A stretch of DNA of 55,938 nucleotides, the filler included, from Platydemus manokwari (lineage: Eukaryota), in NCBI GenBank assembly GCA_037951405.1. It is 5 parts of 5 records of this genome, joined end to end, with 100 filler letters (N's around TTAATTAATTAA, not from the genome) between each part and the next. Parts side by side here need not be neighbours in the genome. Positions count along the whole stretch, not along the records: positions 35,977 to 45,858 come from JBBMOY011193099.1; positions 45,959 to 55,938 come from JBBMOY011163769.1; 3 more parts are not named here. The stretch is one strand, 5' to 3'. A program made the position numbers and the translations under genes. Below the pieces are notes generated by a model. It was given only the letters and a program-made list of their open reading frames with translations. It did not search any database and was not told the origin of the DNA. Positions 44,221 through 55,938 of the stretch are shown here, piece after piece (positions within the stretch are counted from its first letter, which is position 1; each line of letters starts with the position of its first letter).

Positions 44221-45858
44221 GTTAATTACTACAGGCGCCAGTGAAGTTTCCTCAGTCGATTAACTCGTCTTCTAGAAAATAATATCGTAGACAGCTTTTC
44301 GTAGACTTTTCTTCAATATTTTAACCTTTTTAGTCATTATTTTTATGTTTTACCGTTAAGATTTTTGTGCACGAAAATTAATTATTTTTGATGCCTATTT
44401 ATACCATTTTAGAAGTGGAAAACTCGCTTTAGAAATTTAAAATATTTTCATTTTTCCACTTCGAAATTAAAATTTTTTTATTTTTCCAAAAATTTAATTT
44501 CAACTATTTTATTAATTTTATTTAATAAATTCTATTATTTTTAGACTTCTAGAAATTCCAACGAATTAATTTTGGAATTTCTATATATTATTTACTCCCT
44601 TAAACAAATTCAAAATTTTATATAAGTTAATCTTTATTTCCGTTATTATTTTTGTTGTCCGATTTATTTTTCTTTTCATTTTTGAGTTTATTTCCATTTA
44701 AAAATTTTAAAAAATTAAAAATTTCCATTAATTTTAAAACTATAATTTTTAACAAAATACGTTATACACTAAATACAATATACATTCAAGGAAAGATTAG
44801 AGAAATTACAGTATCATAAGGCAAAGATTGTAGACAAGTTTTATAATCACAAAATATTATAGATAATGTAAATTTTTAAAGATATCCGAGGTCATATTCC
44901 TCGTCCAAATCCAATCGCTTATGCATCTCCCACCATCTTGAGTTTTCCGTTCTTCGATCTTCTGGTATCATCTGTTCTGTTTTTACTGCTTCTTTTGGTT
45001 CGCTCCAGCCGACATTCTCGGGCTTATCAGTTCGATAAACAGTTCCATCCCACTCTCCATTCTCATCAAGAATGATCTCAATTTTCGAGGTGCTTGGAAC
45101 ATTTGTGGCTATGTTATAGGAGGTTCTTGGGGCATTGGAAGCACTTTGCCAACATCCAGTTGTGGCGTATTGTTACTTTTACATAAGTTTTTGTACTTTC
45201 CAAGTTATTGTTGTTCTCAATAATTTTTGGCTTATCTATCGGGTATGGTGTTCTTTCTTAGATTAGTCAGAGACTCACACCATGCATAGTATTCTTGTAT
45301 ATAAAATTAGTATACACACAAATATAAGTTTTTTACTGTATAAATACTAAAAAGATTTTAAAAAAATTATTAGAAATGTTTTGCTTTTTTTGCAGTATCT
45401 GTCTAATGGTATGTCAATTGAGAAAATTCCAAAAATCAATTTAAACTTAAATATGTAATGTTCAACGTAATTTCAAAACATTTTTATAATAATTGTATTC
45501 ACATATAATAAAATCTTATTTCCTCTAGTTTAATTTGTTTATTTCATACAGAAATTCAGTTCCAAAACAACAGTTAAAGCATTAAAACGAAAACAAACTT
45601 TGAATGAAAAATTAATAAAATTAAAAAAATAATTATAAAATAAGAAATGATGTCAATTTATTTATTTATCTTTTATTAATTCATTCATAATTTCTTTTAA
45701 TAATGATACTCATATGACAAGACTCAGTGTTTAAATATATCAATACTCATTTGATTTATAAATTATTCTTAGCAATTATTCTTTAAATAATTATTGTTGA
45801 TTGAAATATTTATTTTATTTTAATGCTCAAATCAGAAAATTACAAGAACTTGCAATTT

Positions 45859-45958
45859 NNNNNNNNNNNNNNNNNNNNNNNNNNNNNNNNNNNNNNNNNN
45901 NNTTAATTAATTAANNNNNNNNNNNNNNNNNNNNNNNNNNNNNNNNNNNNNNNNNNNN
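45859..45958. other. Artificial contig-joining spacer
   Basis: 44 N + TTAATTAATTAA + 44 N. Confidence 0.97.
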
Positions 45959-46203
45959 TTCTTAATTATATTATAATAATATACTTATTATTTTCATTAT
46001 TATTATCGTTATAATTATTATAAATATTTATAACAATAATTTATTATTATTTGTTAACATTTCTAACATCCAATCAATATAAGAGAACCACAGTAAATAT
46101 CGTTCCTACAATAATAATGAAAATATCGATTTTATCGTCGAACAAAAAAACATATACTTTAAGAAAGTAAATTGTTTTGAATATTGATTGATGTAGAGAT
46201 ATC

Positions 46204-46756
46204 TGTGAGAATTTGAAATTGAATTAAAATTTTTGCAGATTTTATTTTGTAAAAATTTTATTTAAAATAAAATTATATTAATTTGTTTAAATTAATCTAT
46301 TTAAATACATTTTAGTGCCATGTCTTTTCGATTCGTTTTCGATGTGTGTTTTTCAAAATAGTAGCAGCTTACATGGCGATCACGCATCTGAATTCGATTC
46401 TAACACGATTAATTAATGAAAATTATGGAAATAAAAGAATAAAGATGTTGAAAATATATAGAGAATATAAAAAGAAAATATAAAGAAGATAGAAAAAAAG
46501 ATAAAAGAATTAGAGTTTTTTATGTTGGTAAATTGATAAAGAATTCGATACAAAATCAATTAAGAATTATAAGAAACTCAAAAACTTTAAAGAAAGGAGA
46601 ATGTGAGAATTTGAAACTGAATAAAAAATTTTAAAGATTTGATTTTTTATAAAATTATATTAATTTTTTTAAATAATTGTTTTTAAATAAATTTTTAGTG
46701 CCATATCTTTTTAGTTCTTTTGAGAATCGTGCTTTATAAAACAGTAGTAGCTTGCA
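46204..46756 (+). mobile_element. Complete miniature non-autonomous LTR element (TRIM-like)
   Basis: 5' LTR 46204-46373 (TGTGAGAATTTG...AGCTTACA), followed directly by TGGCGATCACG (PBS-like). Non-coding purine-rich interior. PPT AAAGAAAGGAGAA abuts the 3' LTR 46602-46756 (TGTGAGAATTTG...AGCTTGCA). Flanks are ATATC and CTATC (4/5 TSD match). Confidence 0.8.
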
Positions 46757-47427
46757 CTATCATTTTTGAAATAATTAGAATCTTTTAGCATTCGTCGGGC
46801 CTCATTTGCCAGGAATAACACCATGATTCAATTCAATTTTATTAATTCACATTTCAGTATTCGATTCGTTACGTTTGATCAATAATTCTTGCCTATATTG
46901 ACATCGATATCATTTGAAATTATTCCCTGATAAAGTACCCATTAATTTGACATCATGCCTATTGTCGCTTCATTTGTCTTTTAATTTCTATTTCTGGCAT
47001 AATTCATACAACCAATCGTGTGATAATAATCTTTAAAATTTTCAAGAATAAAGTTCAAATTTTCCTTTGGTGTTAATCAATATTTCGGTGCGTATCATTT
47101 TGATTAAAAATTTATAATGATAAAGTATAGGCTAGTTTCTTTGTGTGACAATTGAACTATGACAACGTAAAGAGTACTTGTAATATCTGATTGGATGGAA
47201 ATAGTGGAAAAAATAGTTGCTTTGATCTACTTATCTCACAAACCTCACAAATTCAAATTAAAACTAAGATCATCTTGATTGATTAAATAATTTTATGAAA
47301 TAAATGAATCTGAAAATCATATTTTTTTCAAAACCATTAAATTCTTCATCAGAATCGATATGGAATTTTTTCGGATCGTTAATATACAATCATAAATTGG
47401 AATTTGATTACAGGCTATTAGTACCAT

Positions 47428-47575
47428 TGTGTGCCGTTATTATTTTATAAAACACGCATTCGAAAACGAACTGAAAAGAAACAACACCAAATTACGTTTT
47501 TAAATAAATAAATGTGATTTTATATAAAGTTTGAATTAAGTTTTTAAAATTTTAAATCATTTGAAAATTCTCACA
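47428..47575 (-). mobile_element. Additional diverged LTR copy of the same TRIM-like family, inverted
   Basis: The reverse complement reads TGTGAGAATTTTCAAATG...TCTTTTCAGTTCGTTTTCGAATGCGTGTTTTATAAAATAATAACGGCACACA, collinear with the 46204 and 46602 LTRs. Confidence 0.7.
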
Positions 47576-47599
47576 ACAATTATTTATGAGGTTATCATA

Positions 47600-48830
47600 C
47601 TCTAAAGCCATTATCGATCAATTCCGGTATGCATTCTTTCCAACATTAAACAGTCCAATTTCAAAAATCGATATCAATAACAGTATGAATTTCTTCCACT
47701 GCCATTCATTGCCCATATTTTTAACAGGGAAAATATAAATGGAATCCAATATCTCTATTGGATCTATAGTTCCGAAATTTTATTTTTACTATAATTAGTT
47801 TTATCCAATAAAAATCAAGATAATAATGATGTCATGGTGCTCAGAATACTAAGATAATTAATTGACGTAAGCGTTAAGGTGAATTATTGGATATTTCGAA
47901 TAAAAATTTAGTTTTATTTATTTTAACATGAGAATAATAATAATCATCACCATCATAATATATGATGATAATACAACTATTACAGAATATTCGCTTCAGT
48001 AATCAAGAACCATTGATAATTGTTGTCCATGAAATAGGATTTCCCATTAATACTTAATATAAGGAATTACGTACTCTGCTGTTTCTTACATGAAGAAGAA
48101 ATCTGATAGGTTTCTATAATTAGAATGTAGTCGATCAGATAACTAAGTACTGTACTTTCATTATTATTATAGTATACGAATTTATTCTCTGAACAGTTTT
48201 TGAGGTTACAAATCGTAAATTGTGGAATCCATACAAATGAGTTATACTACTCAATTAAACTAGAAAGTCTTCTAATAAAAAGTTAGATAAAATATCTCTT
48301 TGTGATTCTAATCGTATAATTAAGCTGTAAATTTCTCGATAAATTTTACAACAAAATTAACCAATCCGTCTAAGTCGAATTAATCAAGAACTTATAGTTA
48401 CAAAGTGAAATAGAAGTACATGGAAACTTCATGGAATCTTTCTTCGAAACATAAATTGCTTTATTGCTGTCTGATTTTGAACTAAACACGGTGTGGCAGT
48501 AGATAAATAAAATGTAGCTAAATTCATAACTCCGTTGTCACATACGAGATCATTATTGCGACTCCAACAACTCTGGAAATACAATTTTTAAAATATTATT
48601 TTGACAAATAAATAAATACTCTTCTACATCTGTATGAAATGTGCCACATGTATTCAGTATCATATATTCATCAATGATATTCGATATACATTCCATTAGC
48701 AACACCAAACTCACCTGTACGATAATCCTTGGAAAAATTGTAGTATTCACAAAAAATATGATTAAAATTATATATAATCTGTAGAGCTTTGAGGATGACG
48801 CTGGTTTTGGATCAGCTCGTAACTGCAATG
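47600..48830 (-). pseudogene. Decayed intronless coding tract, apparently related to 25.4-26.2 kb
   Basis: Contains ORF 48553-48828 and further broken frames such as NSFVWIPQFTICNLKNCSENKFVYYNNNESTVLSYLIDY. Boundaries are approximate. Confidence 0.35.
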
Positions 48831-49599
48831 TGTACCAATAATCCAGAGAATTTGATTGAATTCGCTATGGAGTCAAAACCACACTCTAATGAATTAATTT
48901 ATGGCGAATCGCAGGCTTTATCCGATATTATTCAGTAGAAAAGGTTTATTTATAAATTATACTTCGTATTATCACAGACTTATCACAACTTCACGTCTTC
49001 CTTAGGCTGGAATTTTTCATTTGGTACCTCTCTTTCTCTGAGTCTTCACATAGGATGTTACTCTGGGGGCCCCTTTTTCGGTTGGCTCTGAAACATTAAT
49101 AAGTTATTTCACTAATCCACTTCTTCAAGTTCATTTATTCAATATTAAGTCATTCTTAGTACATACTATGGAAATGTAAAACTTTACACTAGTCTGACCT
49201 TGCCTTTTTGATGTTTATTGCCTTGCACTTTACAAGTGGAAAATATTTTCGTTCTCGATCAACATTGGCCTATTCATTGGGCACTTAACATCTATCAACT
49301 AAACATTCTCGGTTTCAAGGTCAACATGCAATTTTGATCTTGTGAATTGCCATTCCTTCTTCACATGAGCGACAGGCTTAGTGTGCTTCCTCAATTTCAC
49401 CTCATCATTGAGGCTTCTGTTAGTTTCCTGGATATAGGCGTTGATTCATTAAAGTGCTTTTTTGAACAGTGAGTTCTACTCCACTAATCTCTAAGAATTA
49501 ACCAAAATTAGCCCATGCACTATAAATCGAATACTATGCTTTTAATATTATAGCAATCGTTTGCTTAGATGCAGTACAAGTAATTTTTAGAGTAGAACT

Positions 49600-50010
49600 T
49601 TTGGACACCGATTTTTTTCAACATTTGGCTTATTTGATCCAAATCATTGTAAGTAACACAGAAAATATGATAATTATACACAGAAAATATGATTTTTCTG
49701 TGCACAAAGGCATTAAGTGCATCCAGCCTTTGCTATGGAAGAAGAATGAACTCGATCAGTTTCTCTGTGAAATTTCGCAGGGCCATTCTTCAACTAAATT
49801 ATGAATCTTCACCTTTGTAAATTTTGATAAATTCTTTCCTATTTGCCTGGTGCTTTGTTGTTCCACAGGTACCCACATTTGGCAGGTTCGAACTTTAATC
49901 TTAGTTTTTTAGCTAAAGAGCATGTATTGTTTAGAAGTTTTTGTGATCTTTCAGTCTCCTATGTAATTACTGTCATGTGCTCTAACATGCAGGTGCCATG
50001 ATCTTTTTTT
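49600..50010 (-). mobile_element. Non-LTR retrotransposon remnant, NeSL/R2-like reverse transcriptase C-terminal region
   Basis: QKLLNNTCSLAKKLRLKFEPAKCGYL resembles RT domains 6-7 (GLxFNPxKC). It is followed by LLP*QRLDALNAFVHRKIIF, matching the thumb-region LxPWQKLDAL motif with W mutated to TAG. Decayed sequence probably extends over about 49.0-50.6 kb. Confidence 0.7.
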
Positions 50011-53000
50011 CAGCCAGTGTTAGTAGTTGCGACTTCGTTTAAAGTTGGAGCTTCAATAGAAATATTCATTTAGACGGTTTTCTTAAAATTATTCATTTAT
50101 ACCAGACAAACTGGACATCTTTTAAACAAATTAAAATCTTTTCCAGAGAGCTTTAACTATCAATCTTAATCAGCCATATAAATAAAAATATTTAAATTAT
50201 TTTGGTCGGCCCATAATATATTTCTTCTTCTACAATCTTATTTCGCTTAGGCACTCTAGGCTCCTTCTTTTAGTGTGTGGCGTGTTTCTTCAAAGTCTAC
50301 TATTATAAAGTAGAAAAAGTGTATTTTATGAATGTGTAATCTTATGTGCAAGATTTTTGCAAATGGTTGGGCATTCCTTGAGTGACAGCACTTTTTGAAG
50401 TCTTTGATCTTAGGCCAGCAGTCTGCTTCTTTTCATTTTGAGGCAATTTTAAAGGAAACTGCTTGTGAACCTTTGTGAACGAAGTCTTTGGCTGTTTTAC
50501 CACTTTCTTTCATGTGATCCTTTGGATTTGAAGTCTCTTTGATTACATTAAGCTCTTTAGTTTTCTGTATGTATTTTTTGGACATGTTGTCAGGTGAATC
50601 GCTGAAATACGTGCTGCTAGATTTGACGTTAATATTTTTTTGTGTCTATTTCGGACACGGGTCTAATATTTGTAGGAAATGCTAATACTAACATTTTATT
50701 ATCTGAATATTTCTCACACTGAATTATTTCTTCCATTGCTTTGTCCTTGATTCATGTATGCGTTCATGTTGAGAAAGTTCAGTATTTGTGGAACATAATT
50801 TCAAGATCTACATCAATATTTGTTAAATATCATTTTAAAAAGATAAAATTCGCATTTTAAAATTTTTTAAAATCACATTGAAAATTTTATTCATTCTGAT
50901 TTTAAAAAATGTTCATACGTTCTTAACAATTTCATTAAAATGTGACGAGTTGAACTGATGTAAAAACGATATTTTGTAAATTTATCAAAACACTTTATTA
51001 AAATTTCTCAATTCGACAAATAAAGTGCCAGTACAAGTTTAATCGATAATAAAACCACTTCTAGTTGTTGATGAATTTAAGTTGCCATAATGCTTTAAGT
51101 TCAATTATAAAAAAATATTAAGATCAGTTAGTTTTTTTTTAATATTGTCGGTTATTCTTTTAATATCAGTTGCTGTTCAGAAACGAATGGAGTGGCATTA
51201 ATCGAATTCATCTGTGTTAATTTCTGAATTTTATTTATCGTTTCTTATTCGATAAGGTTTTGCAAGAATTTCATCAAATCAAGGACATATATAAGACATC
51301 GAAAAAATCGATAATTGGGGAAAATTACACAAACACTTGTATTCAGCGTAGCCGCATATTTTTCCATTACGTATTTTTATATATAAAAGATTTTTATCAT
51401 TTTTTTTTCCTTTCAATATGAATAACATTCGTGCAAATCGATGAATTGATGTTGACCATGGTTTTATTTAGTTGGATTAGATTGACATTTATCTATTTTT
51501 TCCCCACAACTCTTGTCAATTATTAAGGGGCATCGTATTTCACGTTTCAGAAATATCATCAACAATTAAATGGACTATTTTATTCAATAAGAACTATAAT
51601 TATAATTATTTTTGAACCGAAAACAGCATTATATAAGATAATATATAAATTAATTAATAAAATAATATTCTTATATAACAATGAATTAAAAAAATGCATC
51701 TCCAAGTAAAGGTGAGGTTGACCACATTGTTATACAGACAGAAATGGGAACAAATTGATATTGTAACGATACATTTGACCCTATACATACATCAACTCAT
51801 CGATGTGAGCATCACTAAAACTAACCTTATATTTGTTTTCCACGCTTGAGCACATTGAAGTAATCATAACGTTATTCCCAGTGTCAAATATATTGTTTTG
51901 GAAAATCTATTTTTATCCTCATATAACTGTGAATAATTTCTTTTCTAAATCGCCCGGTAGATGATATTCATCACATGCCGTTTTCTATGAATATCAAAGT
52001 TCATTTATAAAGGCCAATATTAAGCTTTTATATTCCACGGGTATATTATTCGAAAAAGAATCGATATTCTTCGACACTTAGTTTAAACAAAATATATTCA
52101 TTTTTCTAAAAAAAAATCAAAAGAATCCCATCTATAAGAAAAATACCGTCTTTGAATAGTAATAACCTCTAATAATTTTGACCACCGCAGGATTGGGTAT
52201 AAAAGAAAGCTTATTCAGTTTACTTTTCGGAAGTACCGAAATTTGATTTAAATAACACACCCGATATTTCGCGGTCAAAAAGGAAAACCACGAAAGGAAA
52301 AAACTCCAAACATATTTTTCCGTTTTTTATTATGGAATTTCGTCAGTTTTTTCTTCAATTCACCCATCAGTTTGCGATAATTATTTTATAACTTTGAAAG
52401 TTCTTGGACACAAATTTAAAAACATTTAAAAAAATTTAAAAAGATATAAAACAATCTTAAAAACCATTTTCCATTACGTAAATTCCTCGAAAAATGCCGA
52501 ATTATTAAATCGAATATTTTCGTGATCAATTTCTAATTTATTTTAAAATGTATGATATAATCTACTGATAAATATTAAATAGAATGAATTGATTCAAAAT
52601 AAACATTGATAAAATTTTCTCAATTCGATCTTGTAATGTTATGAATTATTAAAGAATTGTCTGTAAAAATCTTTAGTAAATGGATTATTTTAAAATTTAT
52701 TAATCAGACCAATCTCCTCAGACCAATATTATTGTCAACGTTATCAACAAGCACGAGTCGATTTTATAATTTTGATTTTATACAATTTTTAAAACAAGAT
52801 TTATTCAAATACGATTATGAAGAAACATCGGCATTGTGAGGGTTATTGATTTAAAAAAATTAAATATCCATTATTGATTTTAAAAAAAATAAATTTTAAA
52901 TTAAAACATTAAAAACACTCTCACATACATATGCACACACATTATACCTCATATTTTAAAAATTTAAATCACACTAAGAATATTGATTTTGATGATTAGA

Positions 53001-53073
53001 AAAATTGTTTAAATATCTGCTTATTAGAAATATAAACTAATGGATTTCTTTACGAATAATTTCAATTTCATAG

Positions 53074-53096
53074 CACACACACACACACACACACAC
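53074..53096. repeat. (CA)n microsatellite
   Basis: Perfect CA run. Confidence 0.95.
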
Positions 53097-53633
53097 TCCC
53101 TGTCATTCTATCAGCAATTTTATTGAGAATGTGTTACAATGAAGTGGCACGCATGGCGTTATATTAATAAATAAATATTCGATTTTGTTTTAATTGTTCA
53201 TCTCTATATCAACCAATAAACTATTTTCCCCACCATTATTCAATATCATATTTGTGTTGAAAAACCATTGTTGGAGATTTTTATTTTTGACCAAAAATGG
53301 AATTTTCGATTTTGGATTGATTGGAATAAATGGAATAAATTATCCATTACAAATCGTCCAGATTTTCAATATTTTTCTAACCAATAACTGAAAGGAAATG
53401 CATTTTAACATTTATAAAAAAAACCAACCAATCACATTCAAGTATATATTTATTAAAAACGAGTACTTCTTTTGATAATTTTTGTTCTCTTCAATTGATT
53501 AAAACAAATACTACAACAACAACACGGTAAAACAAAATTCCTCCTACAACTGGAAATACGATGCCGATCAGTCTGATTTTAAAATAGTGAAGTGAAAAAG
53601 GAAAATTCGAAAAAAAACCCACCAAACGAATCA

Positions 53634-53981
53634 ATGTTGGATCCGGAACAAATCGAAACGAAATGGAAAACGTCGAGTAGAGTGAGCATATCTGATCAGC
53701 CACCGTTAACGATATTAATCGAACAGAATAATCATGATATTAATTCCTGTCGAAAAAAATCTCGAAGTAGTTCCATTTCTTTTAAGGCCGTCCAAAAACT
53801 ACTTAATAAAACATATACGACTCGTTCGATAAGAGGTATTAATATTAGTTTTGCAAATTGTATTGTCAGAATAAATATATGATTATGTATACCATATACA
53901 AGCGTATATTTGTCCATGTCTTTATACTTTTCCTTTATTCTAGGTGAAGGACTGCCATGTTTGGTTCTGGCAAGATTAGAA
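53634..53981 (+). CDS. First exons of a spliced gene, product unknown (3'-partial)
   Basis: Exon 53634-53835 (MLDPEQIETKWKTSSRVSISDQPP...RKKSRSSSISFKAVQKLLNKTYTTRSIR) splices in phase 1 to 53944-53981 (GEGLPCLVLARLE), which ends at a GTAAGA donor. The true start may lie upstream. Confidence 0.55.
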
Positions 53982-54539
53982 GTAAGAATTTTGTTGTGAT
54001 ATTTTAAGGATATTTTCCAATTTATTAAAATTGATTGAGATATGAATTCACTTTAATTATTCTCAAATTTAACCCAATAGCTTTTAACTGAATCTGGTTG
54101 ATATGGGGTTATTTTCTCCTTCATGAACTACATTATTACGGTGTCTGTGATGGTGGTTTCAGTCATTTCATTCGAAAACAAAGATGTCGTTTTATTTTTT
54201 ATATTTATCGAAAATATATCGAAAAATAGTCGATGTAATAAACTTATATTTTCAGTAGATAAAAGCTAACAAGTTACTTCTTCCCAAACGACATTTCTGT
54301 AAAGAGAGAAAACTAATGATTACCGAAAACATATTTGTAGCATATTTCTGATTATTTTAAAAGCGATAAAATCTATTTTACCTGACTTGGATTAGAAAGA
54401 AAATATTCACAAAGAATTTTGGCAATAATTTAGAGACGTTTTGATCCGAAATTAAACAAATTTTTAGACTAGACTAGTAGAAGGTCGCGAAATACAATGA
54501 CTATAAGATTCAAAATATATTTATCTTTCTTTTGATCAA

Positions 54540-54815
54540 ACCTCGATTTTCTCGATCAGCAATCGATACTGATACTTTTCATCGTCAATTATCAAAATTC
54601 CACTGCGATGTCTTCTCAATCATAGACCATCAGCGACAATAGTTTATACGACTCACCAATTCACTGTTGGTAGCACTTTCTTCGATGAGAGTAATTCTTT
54701 ACGGATTCGATACTTTAAATGTCATTTTTCTGTTGGTATGTTTTGTGCAGCACATGGTTTTGACTTGCCTAATATATCCAGTACCAATTCTGTGCCGATA
54801 TTATTTATACATGCA
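54540..54815 (-). mobile_element. Possible decayed LTR-retrotransposon protease region
   Basis: INNIGTELVLDILG resembles the INGxxxxxLxDTG retropepsin start, followed by a mostly open but stop-interrupted frame. Weak. Confidence 0.25.
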
Positions 54816-55938
54816 ATTATAATAATTTAACGCTTTCTCGGAGTGGGTTAATCGTATTGAATTTATTTTCATAAAAAGTAGTTCAGATAAAAATTCATTT
54901 GGTTATATGATATTTTTGAAAATTACCTTTCAATTAGTTCATCATAAATTTTTAATTCTTTCTGCATTTACTCGTCCATTCATTCTCCAAATTGCTTTAA
55001 GATTTTCTTTCGGGGGTGCTTGTTTACTTTTGTTGTTTGACTTCTGAACAAATTTTCGTTTAAAATTTAAAAAAAAATATTTGAATAATGATTTTTGATT
55101 GGCAATTTTTCTCTTTTCTGTTAAACAAGTGGCTTTTTTACTTTCTATTTTACAGTATTAGTAAAACAAAAATATTATTTTAATTCAAAGGTTGTATATT
55201 GAAGGATTACTAAAGAAGGATAACAAAACATTATATAGTAATGATCGATAAAATGATGCCTAATATTAATTGGAAGCATTTTAAAAAAGCGTTGGATTCG
55301 ATAACAATAAATGTGAATGAAATCAAAGATTTTAATAATACAATACATTGATGTGATAAAGATTAGGTGATCGATTCAATATTTTTGATTATTTTGATTA
55401 CAAATAATAATAATAATAATGATAAATCTGAAAATTAAATATTAATATTTTAATTATTAATTTTTCATGAATTTTTTATAAGTAATTTATTAGGTCTTAG
55501 TTTTTGACTTCGATTAGCTCCCAATCTAGTTTTTCATCAAATTTAAAAATATTTAGATATTACTAATAAATTTATTACCGATTATCCAAAAATCACTGTT
55601 AAATTTAATTTACAAAATCACAATGAAAATGAATATCAGGTTGAAAAGTTATAACGCGCATAAAAAGCATACTCAAATCCTTGTGTTAACATAAGAAATC
55701 GTGTACGATCAGATATCAGCAAATCGACGAACACTTTGTTCTTGTGATAACCAGAGCATTCTGATTCAGTAAATCTATGATAGATCAGTGTTATGGCATT
55801 AAAAAACTTTGACACCTGACATTAGGATATTCGTTTGACTGACGTTTTTATCGAATATTAAATTCAGTTGAGGTTTTTTCTTTCCGAATTACTATAAAAG
55901 GAAAAGAGGACATGTAAATTGAACTGATTATCATTATC

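Overview
This is very AT-rich eukaryotic (animal-like) genomic DNA with many short (~40-70 bp) GT-AG introns. A flatworm such as a planarian is a plausible source, but that is inference only. The window is not one contiguous locus. Four identical 100-bp spacers (44 N + TTAATTAATTAA + 44 N) join five fragments of about 9-16 kb, and one ordinary N gap lies inside a gene. Genes built by hand from splice sites: a 14-exon, 5'-partial DH-PH RhoGEF of the ARHGEF1/11/12 type with a strongly degenerate DH domain; an OCIA-domain gene; the 3' end of a CDKL-like kinase; TMEM263; a 5'-partial p38-like MAP kinase with a TEY rather than TGY activation motif; and two or three spliced hypothetical genes. The rest is rich in mobile DNA: a Tc1/mariner-superfamily remnant, a Tc2/pogo-type MITE, a 71-bp TTAA-flanked MITE, a NeSL/R2-like LINE remnant and weak Gypsy/LINE fragments. 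The most interesting unannotated structure is a ~550-bp miniature LTR element (TRIM-like: TG..CA LTRs, PBS, PPT, near-perfect 5-bp TSD) with related copies elsewhere in the window. Two decayed intronless coding tracts on different fragments also appear to be homologous to each other. I found no rRNA, tRNA or CRISPR array, and no evidence for a wholly new multi-gene system. All family assignments come from motif recognition by eye, not database searches.
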